In this document: one piece after another, positions 23,364 through 37,190 of the stretch | How the letters are laid out: each line of letters begins with the position of its first letter | Position numbering within the stretch: the stretch's first letter is position 1 | Origin: Takakia lepidozioides | Lineage: Eukaryota; Plantae; Bryophyta | DNA length: 64,000 nt | Direction of reading: 5' to 3' | NCBI GenBank assembly: GCA_030704615.1 | Contig: CM060731.1 | Coordinates: forward strand, 83,142,001-83,206,000 | The notes under the pieces: model-generated | The model's database searches: none | What the model saw: the letters and a program-made list of their open reading frames with translations, nothing else | Told to the model about the DNA's origin: nothing | Made by a program: the position numbers and the translations under genes

Positions 23364-24802
23364 CTTGTATTCAGAAGGCACAGGGCTAAAGATTTGTTTG
23401 CACAATTAGCACTGTAGATGTGCTTCAAATGCAATTCATGTGGATCAATAAAAACCCCATTGTGCCCTCTTTTTGTTCTATTCTGTATCCATCGTTCCCA
23501 AAATGCATCATTCCTCATTTCGTTTGGGATTGGGAGTGTGGGTGGATTTTGCAAGTGGCTGGTAGGCTGAAATGGGCCCCCATTGTACAGAGCAGTATAC
23601 CATTCGCGAAACATTGCCTTCCAATATGTAATTCTAAAAAACATTGCCGAACCTCCTTCATCGGGAGGTCCTTCTCCCCCTATGACCGTGACACCCTAAA
23701 CCCTATTCCTGCGGACACTCATTTCCGGAAAATAGTCCTGCTCATGTTTTTTTTTACACTTACGACTCTGCTCATGGCTCATGAAATAGCAGCCCCCCGT
23801 GTAAGAGGAAGCTATGCTTGACTGTACCTGTGGAGGCTATTTCAGTTGGACAGTATTATGGCTAATGGCGTTGGTATGTCCACAGAACCCTCGCAGATCA
23901 TTGTGTACTCTGCTCAGTTGCAAGTTCATCTTCTTACGGTCCCTGTTGTGATGATGCAATGTGAGTATTATGGAGAAAATGTGTCATATGGAGCTTGGTT
24001 GCTTGGCCTTCATGTGGAGCGGCAATCGATGAGGTTGATATTTGTTGCAAAACGGAATCCAGTTGTTGCCGCCGGTGAGAATCGGAATTGAGTGCATTTC
24101 ATGAACTGAATGTCTGTGATGTTTGAGAAAGTGAGGTTGCATTTTCGTCCTCTTCTTTCCTTAAGGCTGCCTAGGCTATAGCCTTCGAGCCATCCAATAA
24201 TATTCCGACTCTTGCACTCGGAATAGCTGCTTATGTGACCATATGCCTGAAAGCCCCCAAAAACAGTCAAATATGGGAAGCGGCATATGTTTAGTTTCTT
24301 CAGTTCTCAAAATCAGTAATGTATATCTTCATTTATTTTGAAGGAGGCAGTATACAGTGGAGGTGAACCTCACTCGTTCAAGACGTTTCCTGGTTAAGCG
24401 TCATCATGAAGATTTTGCTTTCGGAATGTTGATGAATGCTTTCCAATCGGTCTGGGCCGGGGGTGGCAGTGTAGCAGGGTTGGCGGTTTCACAACTCTAG
24501 TCATTGGTGACCTAGTAGACCGCATTTGAACTGGCATATGTTCAATCGCAGCTTAAGTTGCAACTGAAAAAACACACTCGCACTTACGTTTGGGCAAAGG
24601 CAGACACGTTTCAGGGCGTTTGTTTTTGGTACCGGTGTTTCCAACTTCCTTTGGGCTGCTTTTCATTACGAACTCAGGTCATGACATACTATTCAGGTAC
24701 GAATGGTTTCGTAAGGATATTCATGTTCATTCTACCTGATACATGGATTCAACACATTGCGCGAGCACATGAACGTCCACAACTAAAACAGGCGGCAAAT
24801 GA

Positions 24803-25944
24803 TCATGTAAACCACCAGCAGTTGCCTCTTACCGGGCCTGCGCCACCAGGTTGTGGATTCAAGTACGTTTGCACTAAGTACAGCTCAATGTAATGAGCTA
24901 CAAACAGACACTGCCATGTGTTGGCCTGTTGTGGAACAGGCGGGCAGAACCACCGCTTGAGGTCAGTCGCATCCTTCCACTGGGGGCTTTCTGGGCTGAT
25001 TCCTCTGACCATGGCCCATAAAGTAGCAAACAATGGCTTGAAAGCATGGTGCTTGTGCAAACGTCTTATGCTATTCAAGTGAAGGTAGCGAGACGGTTAA
25101 AAAATAACCAGACTCCAATGGTCATTGCACAGGGGGGCAACAACAGCAGGTTAGTCCACATGTAGCAATGGAGCACGGCCTTCTTCAAAGGTACGGCAAC
25201 AAGAAGGTAGAAATGCATATGTCGCAAAGGCCCCCCTTTTCCTGTAGTGTTTCTAGAGGAATGAAGGAAAGCCTGAACAAGGAGTCTTCAACTCATACCA
25301 ACTCTGAGAGAAGTAATTGTTTCAACATGCATGTACTATATGTCTGAAGCCGGCTTTCATGTACAAACCCCAAAATAGGGAGGCACAAAGTGAGAGTCTG
25401 GTGCAATGAATTCAACCAGTATCAGGTCTTCAATGAAAACATGAGAGTCTTACAATCTCTAACCATTCAGTCCTGCATAGCTGCAGACCTCATCCTCCAA
25501 AAACCCCTTAGAGGGGTCTACGACTATTATGCCCCTCTTACTTTCTGGGATGAGTTCCAGAAACTCTTGTATCCATCCCTCTCCCATATCTACATGGTAC
25601 CCCCAATCCACAACACCCTCCCCTTTATAGCGGCTGCTTGTGTGGTGCCAGGTCTTCATCACAAGCCTGTCCACGAAACCTAACAGCACATGGCACAAAA
25701 CCACAACTCTTTGCTCCTCTTCATCCATTGTGTAGAAACACTTCAGGTCGCCCATGTGGACTGTCATTGTCCTGACTCCTCCCTGGATTTTGTACACCCA
25801 CACTTTGTCCTGCCTTTCTTCCGTTTGCACCTTTTCAAGAAGGCGCAAGATGACCTCATGGGGAATGTGGGCTGACAATTTTTCAAAACCTGCATAAATC
25901 TTCTGGAGCCTGAAAGCTACACCCGCCCCAAAATCCCATTGCAA
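24803..25944 (-). pseudogene. Ulp1/C48 SUMO-protease-like gene, degenerate
   Basis: Minus strand reads VVAPLCNDHWSLVIF*PSRYLHLNS (catalytic His; Asn at the usual Asp position) then PVPQQANTWQCLFVAHYIE (Gln and catalytic Cys). It contains an in-frame TAA. Confidence 0.7.
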
Positions 25945-27454
25945 CCTTCAACTTGATAGAGTAGTCTCCTCGGAAAATGTCAGTACTATAGTGTGTGGAG
26001 AAGATGATTCCAAAGAGCTATGACAATCTTAGAAGAACACCAGGAAAATAATGTATACATGAGACGACTTGGGTAACCCTAAGATAACAACAGAACTTCC
26101 AGATACTTCCTCTTGAAAGAGATGATGTGAAGAAAAACAACGATGAATCACATGAAACATAGAATGACCCTGTGCTTATATTCAATTTTTGAACCTGCTC
26201 TTCTACAAGGTCTTGATGGGACAAACATGAACTCCCCCCCCAGCAGAAAAAACACCTATGTATATCCCATCGAGGGTTGCACTGTGTAATGGCTGCACCG
26301 TTACACATGGCATTTGCATCCGTTTGTCATCCATCCATTCTGTGTAGTGATCCCCCTGTCGGATTTATCAGCTTCACTTCTTCTTCTCTTATTCAATTGA
26401 GGTTAAGTAAAGTCTTTGTCACTGGAGAATGAACCTAGCTTTGTAAAATGTTGTTATGTACACATACACAATGAATACATCGTTCCTCTTGTGCTCAACA
26501 TTGTACAAGCGCTAATGTGAATGATTGTCACAGTTCGAAGAAAACAACCAACTTGAAGATGCACATAGGTTTTTCAGACTCCAGCTTGTCATGGTCTTGT
26601 GCAATTCATGTGTAACAACATGTCAGATTTACAGTATGACGCTACCATTCAAACACGATATCAGTAACCCATACAGAATGAATTTGCAACATTGTACATG
26701 GCCCAATGTGAATGCAAGTGGCAGTATGAACATGAACCCTAAAATGCCAGATGCATTGAGGTTTTGTGACCATAACCTGTTGTAGTCTTACTCAATTCAC
26801 ATCTGTAGTCTCTTATTTTGTATGTGAGAGGGAGTGGCGAAGACTTCGACAATCTTAGTCTCCATGGGGTTGGGTTGGCTTCTGTGTCATGGAATAGAAT
26901 GTCCATGCCAGGTTACAATTTACATATTTTACCAGCAGCAGGACCTGCTGTGAAATTGAAGCATAAGAAATCACCATTGAGAACATAACTGTGAGAACCA
27001 TGGGTCAGAAAATGGCACAGCCCCTGGATATAATCGTGTGACACTGTGACCTCATGTCTGGAGGCATAAGTCTGGAGGCATAAGTCCAGAATTTTGTGAA
27101 AGAAAGACTCCAATGAAGGTAGATACGGGAACAACTGTTTTCTCCAATGCCCCATTTGGATCGCCGATGTGCATCCCATGGATCGATGAAGTCTGTAACG
27201 TCCGCACGGTTACACATGAAGTTTCATCCATTCTTCTGTCAGATGTCTTTTCATCCGCCAACCATCACCCGACACTATCATCCTCAATCCTCATGTTCTG
27301 TCGCTGTTCATCCCATCGACGGATGAAATATGTGTGCATGCACGGTTACACATGATTGTCCATCCATTATTTTCTCAGTTGCCTTTTCATCCGCAGATCA
27401 TCATCCGTCTGTCTCCTCCTCAAACCTCATGTTGTTTTGGCGCGTAAGGAGGTT

Positions 27455-27720
27455 TACTATTTCATGAGCAGAAACCATGAGCCATGAGCCATGAGCTGCA
27501 TGAGCCGCATGAGCGGTGAGCCGAAGTCTAAGACACGCGGATTTCATGAGCGGACTCCTCCAAATTTGGAAATGCGGCAGATTAAACAAGTATTAAAATA
27601 ATAGTTTTATATTTGACCTTGCCGTTTTTGGAAGTTACAGATCCTGTAATGCGGCGAAGATATGTCGTCAGTAACAACTCCGCTCATGGTTTTTTAGATC
27701 CGCTCATGGAAATGAGTGAC
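27455..27720. repeat. CATGAGC/GCTCATG motif cluster
   Basis: CATGAGCCATGAGCCATGAGCTGCATGAGCCGCATGAGC plus inverted copies. A related inverted cluster is at 23735-23790. Confidence 0.6.
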
Positions 27721-28278
27721 CGTGCAACAAGAAATCCAGTATACCACGGCAAAAGGACGTCGCATACTGGCCTGTATAGAGTATTCCGCGGTTTTACATG
27801 CCTTAACATTGGAATGAAGCTGACCCTTTTACCGCGATTGAACCAATAGAGTCTGCACAATTCTGTCATCTTCTAGTATTCGGCGGGAAAGGTTTGCTAC
27901 TCAACTAGGAAATGCGGTGCCGCATTAGGGTTCGCACGTGCAAAATTTCTGGGCAGTTTGGTGTTGGTGAATGCCGCATCTACCAGTACCTACGACGTTA
28001 CTTGGAAATGCGGCGCCGCATTTCCTTGCCGGGGGTCGAATGAGGAAAGCAAAGTTTGGGAGAGCAGAAAAACAGGAACCCTCCAACACACAAAAATACA
28101 TGCACGTGGAAACACGAGTGAATGACATAGTATTATCTTAGTTCGAGAAAAACAGGTTACTGGTAGGCAAGACATAAGTCGGACCTTTCTGTGGCCAGAG
28201 TCAGAGCTACTTGCAGCAGTACAGTTCTACTATCCGAAAAGGATGGGCGTACCATAGTGTTGGGACCGCAAGCCAAGG

Positions 28279-29010
28279 TCACTGGTCCCCTGGATCCATA
28301 TTCAGAAGAGTGTGTACCTCTTGGGGGCTCAACCCTGGTGCATGTATGAAGTGATGAGTTGTGGAATTACACCGGAGTCTCTTTAGGTACACGTAGTACA
28401 GATGCTTGCAAGGGCAGTATGATGCCCCCTTGTTCGCCATGATCTGGAAGTCGGTGCAATTGCAGGAGGGTAATTCTGAAATGGTGATGGTGTACACCTC
28501 ATTGCGAACAGCTGAGGCCATCTGATACACACGCCCGAAGCCTGGCGGGGGCACTTCTATCGAGCTCTAGATTGTACAGTTCATCCAAAGTGCATTCCCC
28601 ATCCTTGTCTCGTTCACTTTTGAGGGAGGTCGCCGCCTCTTCGGTTTCCCCCAACGGTGTGTAGGATGCTTAGAGCTGTCGGGTCCCATTGTTCTTGCTC
28701 TCATAGGGGTCGGTGGTGGAGGCTGTGGAAGTGGAAATGGTTGTCTAGGGACGTCAGTGCACTGCACCATCCGAAATCCTGCGGCGGTAAGGGCGTCGGC
28801 CTCAACCTGACTCAGATCGCAGCCTGGTTCCACCGGCCACACCAAGGGAGCCTCTGGCATTGTTTGTATGCCGTACTTGGGCTTTCCATACACGCAAGTC
28901 ATAATGTCGTGCCTGCAGAACCAGAACTGGGTGGTTGTCGCCTCCGCAAACTTTGCATGGACAAATCTTCCTGTAAAAGTAGGAGCACGGACAGCACCAT
29001 TTGGATTCCT
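28279..29010 (-). mobile_element. 3' part of Mutator-like transposase with C-terminal SWIM zinc finger
   Basis: YTITISELPSCNCTDF...CPCKHLYYVY is a SWIM finger. Removing the retroelement and one TSD restores the frame MIRR|NPNGAVRAPTF with the 40677-43542 part. Confidence 0.8.
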
Positions 29011-29095
29011 TGTCGTGCGCATACATATCGCACACAACTACATCGTTGTCCAAACCACACCACACATATATGCACAATAAAGTAGTCTGCCACAA
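29011..29095 (-). repeat. Terminal segment B of copy A (PPT AGGGGGGCGA at 29096-29105)
   Basis: Near-identical to 61301-61391 and 61744-61829. Confidence 0.9.
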
Positions 29096-29353
29096 TCGCC
29101 CCCCTAGCTGGTGGATAGGTCCCTCTAACTCCAGATAGCTACAAGATATAATAGCCACAGCCGTACTAAGTCCTCTATCACTGTCCCTATTGTACTCAAC
29201 TCTATCAACCAAGAGGCCGGGTACAAGAGTAGCCCCATCGTTAGTCGCCGTCTTGCAATCTGTGAACTTGAGCCAGGACCTCGTGTGTTCAAGGTCTCCT
29301 AGTAGCTGGGCCTTGCGTTTCTTGTTAGCCTTCCATAGTTGTATCCACTCCCA

Positions 29354-32300
29354 CTATCCAATGCAATGTGGACATAACCAATCCCCATCCAGAACCATCT
29401 CAAGAGGTGGAGTCAAGCATCCCATATGCCAACCTCTAGAGCATCGATCACACACCAGCATGGTGGCTGCCCCTTTAGCAGACCCACACAACATGCACCT
29501 CAAACTTGCAGATACCACTGTCAGGTTTGGGTCAATCCTGCCATCGACATTCGGAAGGTGACATGGCGCACAATTACGCACATGGTCCTTCCAAGTTATG
29601 CCATCCCGACCCTCCAAGACCAAGACGCCTGAGGGCAAGACCTCTCGAACCCTCAAAATAACACGTCCTGCAGTCACATCCACGGTCGTAGGAGCAGTCT
29701 GCTGTAGATAGACATAGTCACCAGGGTTGAATCTCCGAACCCCAGGACGATAGCCCCCACCACGTATGGTAGCATACCTCAATGTATCACGGTGTTGTGC
29801 AATGGCAAGGTTCTCGAAAGCCATGGGCATGACTTTCTTGAACAACTCTGCACGCTGCTCACATGCACGTGCCCACACGTCCGGATCGTCAAGATTAAGA
29901 ACTGTAGCAGCTTCTCTGCGAATGGATGTAGGCAAATCCGACTCTCGGCCAAAGAGAAGAAAGTATGGTGAGAAGGAGGCAAGTGATGCTTGCTTACTGA
30001 ACCTGTAGCCCATGGCTAACCAGGGTAACTGAAGGTCCCAATCTCCTAGGTGTCCCTTCTGCAAGCCATACTTGCGCAAACCCCTCTTTACTGTCTGAAC
30101 AACTCTCTCTGCCAAGCCATCGGCCTCAGGATGATCCCGAGAAGTGGTGCGGTGGTCTATCAAGGCCTTGTCACACAAAGCCTGAAACTCCCCCAAGAAC
30201 TCTCTCCCTTGGTCCGTGAGTACCTCAGCTGGAGCACCGAATCGGCTAAGCACACAATCCAAAAATGCATACGCAGCCCCCTCACTAGCCTTATCAGGCA
30301 ATGGAACCAACTCAATCCACTTGGAGAAGTGCTCCACCATCACCAACACGTACTTGTTGTGGCGCATGGTCAGTGGCAACGGCCCTGCGAAGTCAAGACT
30401 CCACCTGTAGCCCAATCCCATGATCGGAAGAGGGTGCAATTGTGGAGTAGGGGCGTTGAATGAAGCACGCACCTTGTCACACACCATGCACCTAGCCACA
30501 AATTGTTGCACCTCTGTGTGCATACCCCGCCACCAATACTGCCCCTGCTATAGACTATGAGTGCGTCGCACCCCAAAATGCCCCAACTCCTCATGGGCAT
30601 GCCGCAGTAACCGTGCCCGCTGTGTTGGGTGAGGCACAATCCTCACTCGACCATCCTCCCACACTCGGAGCAGATGTGTCCCCTCCCACTTGAACCTCTT
30701 GGCTCGTTGTAGGATCCGATCCCTCTCCTTGGCAGTCACAGTGGCTGCCGTGTCTCCAGTGCGAAGATAGTCCAAGACAGCTGAATCCTCATATATATCT
30801 TTGGCGCCACCTTGCTCATTGCTGGCCTCAGGGTCCTCAGACACTTGATCTACAATCATCCCTATTGCAGGTCCAACCTGGCCTTCCGCTGCCAAGATAC
30901 ACAGAAATGCAGATGCATGCCATCCGGGCACCATCTCCTCGTCCGTCTCACCATGCCACCGAGCTCCAGTGTCATCCTGCTGGCTCGTGCATGGATTGCG
31001 ACTCAACCCATCTGCATTGCCATTGACCAAACCCGGTCGATGCACCACCTGAAAGTCATACTCTTGAAGGATGAGTGCCCACCGTGTTCCCCGTAAGCTT
31101 GTCTGACTCCATCAACCACTTGAGTGGTTGGTGATTCGTGCTAAGGGTGAAGAGATTGCCGTATAGATAGCACCTGAAGTGTGCCACGGCCCACACTGCA
31201 GCTAAGCATTCTCCCTCATATGAGCTATACTTAGACTCTGCAACGTTGTTCGAGCGGCTAGCATAAGCCACTACAAACTTTCTTCCCTCATCATCCACCT
31301 GTGTGAGCACCGCTCCAAACCCCAGCATGCTCCAATCCGTATGCAGCTGAAAAGGACGCCCCCTGATAGGTCGTCTCAAGATGGGCGCCGAGGTCAACCT
31401 CGCCTTGAGCTCTTGAAAAGCTTGTTCTTGCTCATCTTCCCACTGCCACTCCTGGTCCACCTTGGTCAGCTTGGTTAGAGCCTTTGCAATGGCACTAAAT
31501 CCCTTAACAAACCGTCTATAATAGTTTGCTAACCCCATGAAAGCTCGAACTCGGCTCACATCCGTGGGGCGTGGAATCTGTGCAATGGACTCTACCTTAG
31601 TCTGCTGTACCCCCAATCCTCCAGGATATATCATGTGACCCAGATACTCAATCTGGTTGTGGAAAAACTTGCACTTTCCCGGATGTAACTTCAATCCGTG
31701 CGCCCTCAAGCGCTCAAATACCCCCTGAAGGTGTCTCTCATGCTCCTCCACCGTAGCACTAAAGATGATGATGTCATCTATGTAGCACCGAGCAAACTCC
31801 ACCCCTGCTAGAATCCTGTCCATGACTCTTTGAAACTTTGCAAGAGTGTTTTTAAGCCCAAATGGTAAGAACCGCCACTGGTATAGGCAATCCTTCCCGT
31901 GCTCATTGATCCCCCAGAACGCCGTCTTTTGCTTATCCGCCTCTTTGATCGGCAACAGGTGATATCCGGATCGTAAATCCAACGTGCTAAAGACCTTGGC
32001 ATGCCCAATGGCATCAAAGATCTCCTCTGGTGTCGGCATGGCATACCTATCGGACTTGGTCTGACGATTTACAGGCCGGTAATCACCGCACATACGTCTC
32101 TCCGTCCAATTGCCATAGATATCCTTCTTGGCTGACATCACTGTGGCTGAAGCATACTCTCCCCCAGATAGCTCCACCAAACCAGCCTCCCAAAGGTCCT
32201 AAGTTCTCATCTGAATCAAGGACCTCTCCATGTCACTGTATCTATAGGGTCTCCGAAAGATTGGCGTGTCAGTAGCCAATTCAATGCGAATATCTTGACC

Positions 32301-32495
32301 CTTCAGTGCTCCTAAGTCCTTCAAACTGAAGGCAGAGCAATTCCTGTAAGCCCTCAGGAACCGCCGTATACGTCGTCTCTCTCCTTCGGTGACAATGGGT
32401 CCAACATCAGGCTCCCAGTTGTCCTCCCGTGACTGCAACCTTAAGTCCAGTGGGCTTAGAGGTAGAGGACGCGTCCCGTGGTTGCTATGCCGCAA
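29354..32495 (-). pseudogene. pol: RT, RNase H, integrase, C-terminal PHD finger (copy A)
   Basis: YIDDIIIFS; LHTDWS/SSYEGECLA; HEELGH...CMVC; SLDFAG/TDQGREF/GLAER; C4HC3 PHD CMLC...CDRC...WHMGC...WLCPHC. A few stops and frameshifts are present. Confidence 0.93.
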
Positions 32496-35400
32496 CCTCT
32501 TGAGCAGTACTCTCTGCCTGCTCAGTCAATGACAAGGCCTCATCCTGCCCCATCATCTCATCCTTGAGGACCTCATCAACCCGAGAAGAATCCCCAACCT
32601 CATCCATCACAGCTGCCTTGGCTGCCAACTCCCTCTGAACCTCGAGCACCTCCCACGTGTGCCATGGATGTCTACACCCCGTGGTCCTCACCGGCTCGCC
32701 CCCACTTGCTGCCTGTACCGTCTCGGTAGGCAGAGAGATCGTCAAGGGAAGTGCACTTCGCACTCTACGTTGTTCAGCCATAGCCAAGCTGATAATCCAG
32801 GTCAAGCAATTGAGATCCATTGCTTGCCCCAACACCTGACGACGTGATGCCTCTGAAAGAGAAGGCACCGCCGTGGTCCCAGTGGAAAACCCCATAGCCC
32901 GCTCTCGCTCGTCGGCATTAGGCTCCAATAACTGCTGCAACTGAGCATCCCACAGGAGGCCAGGTCCACCATCCCGAAAAGCATGGGATCCTGGGAAGCT
33001 GAGCAGTGTAGGTAATGCTGCTCGTGGTTGACCCACCCTATTGACCACTGCCAAAGGCGAATGGTCATCGTGTCTCACACGTTGAGACTGCCTCCCTGTG
33101 TCTAAAATGTTGTCCACTGTGAGGTGTGTTGGCCGCTGCACGCTTGAGCAGTGCGGGTGGCATCAAGTTAGTCCACCATAACCGTGGACGATGAGCCCGT
33201 GACCCCACTGCAGCTGCATCGAGCAACACTGCTGACCCAAGCCACGACCGGACTTGATGCACACTGGCCATCACCCGGGCCCGAGAATCACCCATCAGTG
33301 GCACATTCTCCAAGATGTATGTTGGAGATACAGCTTGATGAAGCTGCAAGTGACGCAAAATCCGCACCATCTCCCAAAACAGACCCGTCCTCGAGTCTCG
33401 CAATCCATTGCTATGCCCGGCTGATGAATGCCCTTGGCAGGGCCAACCTGCCACTACCAGATCAATGGAGCCAACCTGCCCCAAATCATGCGCCCCCAGC
33501 AATGAAATGTCTGCTGGCAAGGCTTGTTGGTATCCACAAACTGCAGACACTGGCAACAAATCAGGGTACTGCTGTACCAACTAAGCAACATGACGCAGTG
33601 AGACGCGTCGTGCAGTCTCATCCCTCTCCACATACAGGTAACGTCGAACTCATACACCTGCCTGCAGCACTGCAGCCAATCCAGTGCTGATCCCGCCAAA
33701 CAAGTCCAGAAGGCATATGCCTTCATCCGGGCACTGCCACACAAGAGGTGTGGTGTCCAATGGCGACAACTGAAGTGGTCCTGGTGCAATCACCGCACTC
33801 TCCTCTTCTTCTGACGGTACGAAGGCCTCTACCCAGGCTTGTTGCACCCGTCCATCAGCAGCCTGCTGCAAATCCTTGCTCGTTCCCCACAATGGAGTGT
33901 GAGCAACCATGGCAGACAACTCCGTCGTACCATGCATGTCATCCTGCTCTGTTGGAGGTGGCACATCCTCTGCATGGGCATTGCCCTCCAGCAACTCCCC
34001 AGGCCAACTAACTACAACTATGAAGGTGGCTAGTGTTGGCATCTTGCCCCGTTGGGCAGCCGCAATACCCCCAATGAATGTCACAGGGAGCTGTGCATGA
34101 CGACCATCCCTTGATTGCCATCCAGGCCTGTAGGATGCTGACTCCTCCCAAAAGTCCAGGGTGAAGCCCATGGGGTATAACACTGCCCCACCAACAAGGA
34201 CATCGTAAGAGACCGCGTCTGTCACAATGGCCTTGGCTCGCATCACTGAGCCATCTCTAGGATGATCCGGCTGCAGTCTAATGCCCAACTGATGCCGTGT
34301 CATGCGCCGAGCCTGCTCTGATCCTCCCAGAGATGTCTGTATCTGGAAAGGACAAGGCTCCATATCCGCCTCCATGAGGCCCAAACCTGCAATAGCAGCT
34401 CTGCCCAACATCAGTGGCTGAGCTCCCGAGTCCAACAAGACCCGAAGTGGCCGGTACTTCTTGCCTGCCAGTCCACTCAATGAGAAAATGCCATCCTGGT
34501 TGTCTAACAAGACAACTCCAGGTGTCACCATGGCGCGCTCAAAGGCTGGCCTAGCTGGCAGCTCCGTCAACCTGGCAGCTGCAGCTTGCCATGGCGCAGC
34601 CGTGGCAGTCTTGACCCTCAAATCCGAGGATCCCTCTGCACTACACCTTCCACTAACTCCGCAGAAGATGAAGTGACCTCCCCACTCTCACAGAGTGTTG
34701 CTGCTAGTCTGAACACTGCAGCTGGTCTTACCCCCGGCGTCGCAATCATGGTTGCCGAGAACAGTGGGGCTTGACACACAGAGGTGGCTGCCCCCAATAA
34801 CACACCGGCTGCACTAGCCTTGGCAGCAGTTGTCAGTGTTGCACGTGTAGCTCTCCCCAATGGCATAGTAACCTCCGCCTCGGTAACAGTTGGGCGAGAA
34901 CTAGGTGCCATGGATGGCGTCGACACAGTCTCCGCCAATGTGAATGACTGAGGAAGCCTCGCCTGACGGCTTGCCTCCCCACGTTGTGGATCCAATTCCA
35001 CCTCTGCACCTCGTGGCTCAGGAACTCGTGCTGCTCCTCGAGTCACGGCTGCAGCAGACTCCACCTGCACTAGTGGTAGTGCTGCTCCGCACATGAATCC
35101 CATGCCTCCCATATCTCCTCCCTCAGGAGCAGGAGGTGGACCATCCCACCTGGGAGCCGGTACCACCTGAGCTGTAGCCATGGCAGCGAGCCTCTGCTCT
35201 AGCTGCTGAAGCCGGTTGGCCATGCCTTGGTCAACACCCTGACCTCCGCGTCCTTGGCCATGTTGAGCTTGCCCTTGGCCTGCACCTCGTGCCCGGCCAC
35301 CTCGTCCTCTCTGGGCTGGTCCACCTCGCCCCCGGCCACCATTGTTCCCTTGGAACTGGCCTGGGCGCAACTCAGGATGCAAGTCATAACACTGGGCATC

Positions 35401-36661
35401 TCCATGCCCATACTTGCCACAATGCCCACACTGCAACTGTGCAGCTGTGCTTGTGCCGGCCTTTTGCCACTCTCTGGGCAATCTCTCTTGACATGGGGTC
35501 CTCCACATGTCCAACATATCACCCCTGGTTGTTGTTGGCTTGCAAAAGATGCTACTGGCCTCTGCACCCGAGGTCGCCTGTAAACTCCATGAAATTTGGG
35601 TTGGGAAACCTTGGCCCCCTGACCACGCTGTTGGGCAGTCCCTTGTGCCTGTGGGCTGGCAGCTGCGCCTCGTGCAGGCATGTCTTTGCCAAATCCAATG
35701 GTAACAACTCGCTCCTCCACCATGTTGAGCTCAATCCGCTCAGCCAGCAGAAACACATCTGCTAATGTGGGTTGGGCTGCTTGTAACAGGGTTGCATCTC
35801 GCACCCTTCTCCTGAGCTCCTTGTCCAAAATTCCATACCAGAACTGGATTGCCTGAGCTTCAGTAACCCCTTGGGTCACACTTATCAAGCGCCTCATACG
35901 AGTGTAGGCCTCTCGCAAGCTCTCAATGGGTTTGCGCTGGAAGTCTTGCAAATTTCGCAGCTTCTCTGTCCGTATACCTTGGTAGTTCCTCCGCAACTCC
36001 TGGAAGAACTCCACCACCGGGTTGAATCTAGGCACATGTGTTGTAGTCGTGGCAGGAGGAGTAGTAGCACCTTTTGAACTGGTACCACCTGAGAAGTACC
36101 GGCACTACTTGTTCCACTACTAGTGCTAGCAGTGGGAGATATTGGTACTGATGCAGCTACTGGTCGCGTCGTGCCTCGAGTAATGGAGACGTAGTCAGGT
36201 GACCAATACGTCCTCCACTCCTCAATCTCTGCTTCATGTCCTCGCCTGAACTCGTGGTAATCGTCCATAGGCGGGCCTTCCAAATGCTGGAACAGTCCCT
36301 TCCACGCCATGAATGGGGTGAATAGCTGTGGATTGCGCATCTGCTGCAAATCACACCAGCTGTCGAACTCCTGGATAAAGTCATCCAACTTGATTGTGCC
36401 CACAGCTCCAGAGTACCTACGAGGCCCCTTGGTAGCTCCATACATCTTCTCCATGTCGTCCCACAACAATGGCGAATGAAACTGCACACCTGTTGATGAA
36501 GCCTCTGAGTTTGTGTCTGACTCTGCACTAGTTGAGGGTGGAGGTGAAGGTGGTCTGAAACGAACACCTCGTCTGGTGAACCCACTCTCACTGTTACTGC
36601 CTGTAGCCGTACTCCCCTCAGAACCCCTAGGTAACTCCGTGATGACACTCACAATGTACAC
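32485..36661 (-). pseudogene. gag-protease-C5 DNA methyltransferase ORF (copy A), frameshifted
   Basis: Gag core, CWTCGGPHVKRDC and CGHCGKYGHGDAQC knuckles, VLLDSGAQ protease. MTase motifs: LDLFGGISTG, AGWPCQ, ENV, RAHRPRLWWTN, LGQAMD. Confidence 0.9.
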
Positions 36662-37190
36662 CTCCCCTACGTGACACTATAAGGCTCTATTACTGATTCT
36701 AATAGTGACACGGGTGGGCACCTGTTGCAGTTTAAGGGTCATATCCCAGTGGCTCAGGGCACCTGCACCTACATCCACCGCAAGAACTCATATGGTTGGC
36801 TGGTCATCAACCCAGTCTCACCATAGAAGAAACACTGGTGGTCTTGCTGGTCATCACTCCAGCCTCACCACCGACAGCATACTCTAGGATTGACCGGTGA
36901 TCAAATCCGGCCTAATCCCTATGAAAGCAAGTGCCCACACAAAACCAACATGGTGCACAGTCAAGCATGCAGGTGTTGGGGGGGATCCAAACACAAGAAA
37001 TCAAAACATCAACACCCCAACACCAAAATCCATCTGCAATGCTGATCTTGCAGAATATCCCAGCCCAAAACCCCGGACTGACTGGCCTCCACCAAGAGAG
37101 GCTTTGGCAACTACAAGTACAAAGTAATGAAAATAGTAAAGAGAGGGAGGGGAAGAATAGAAGCCCGACCAAGCAAGATCTAATCCTGAT

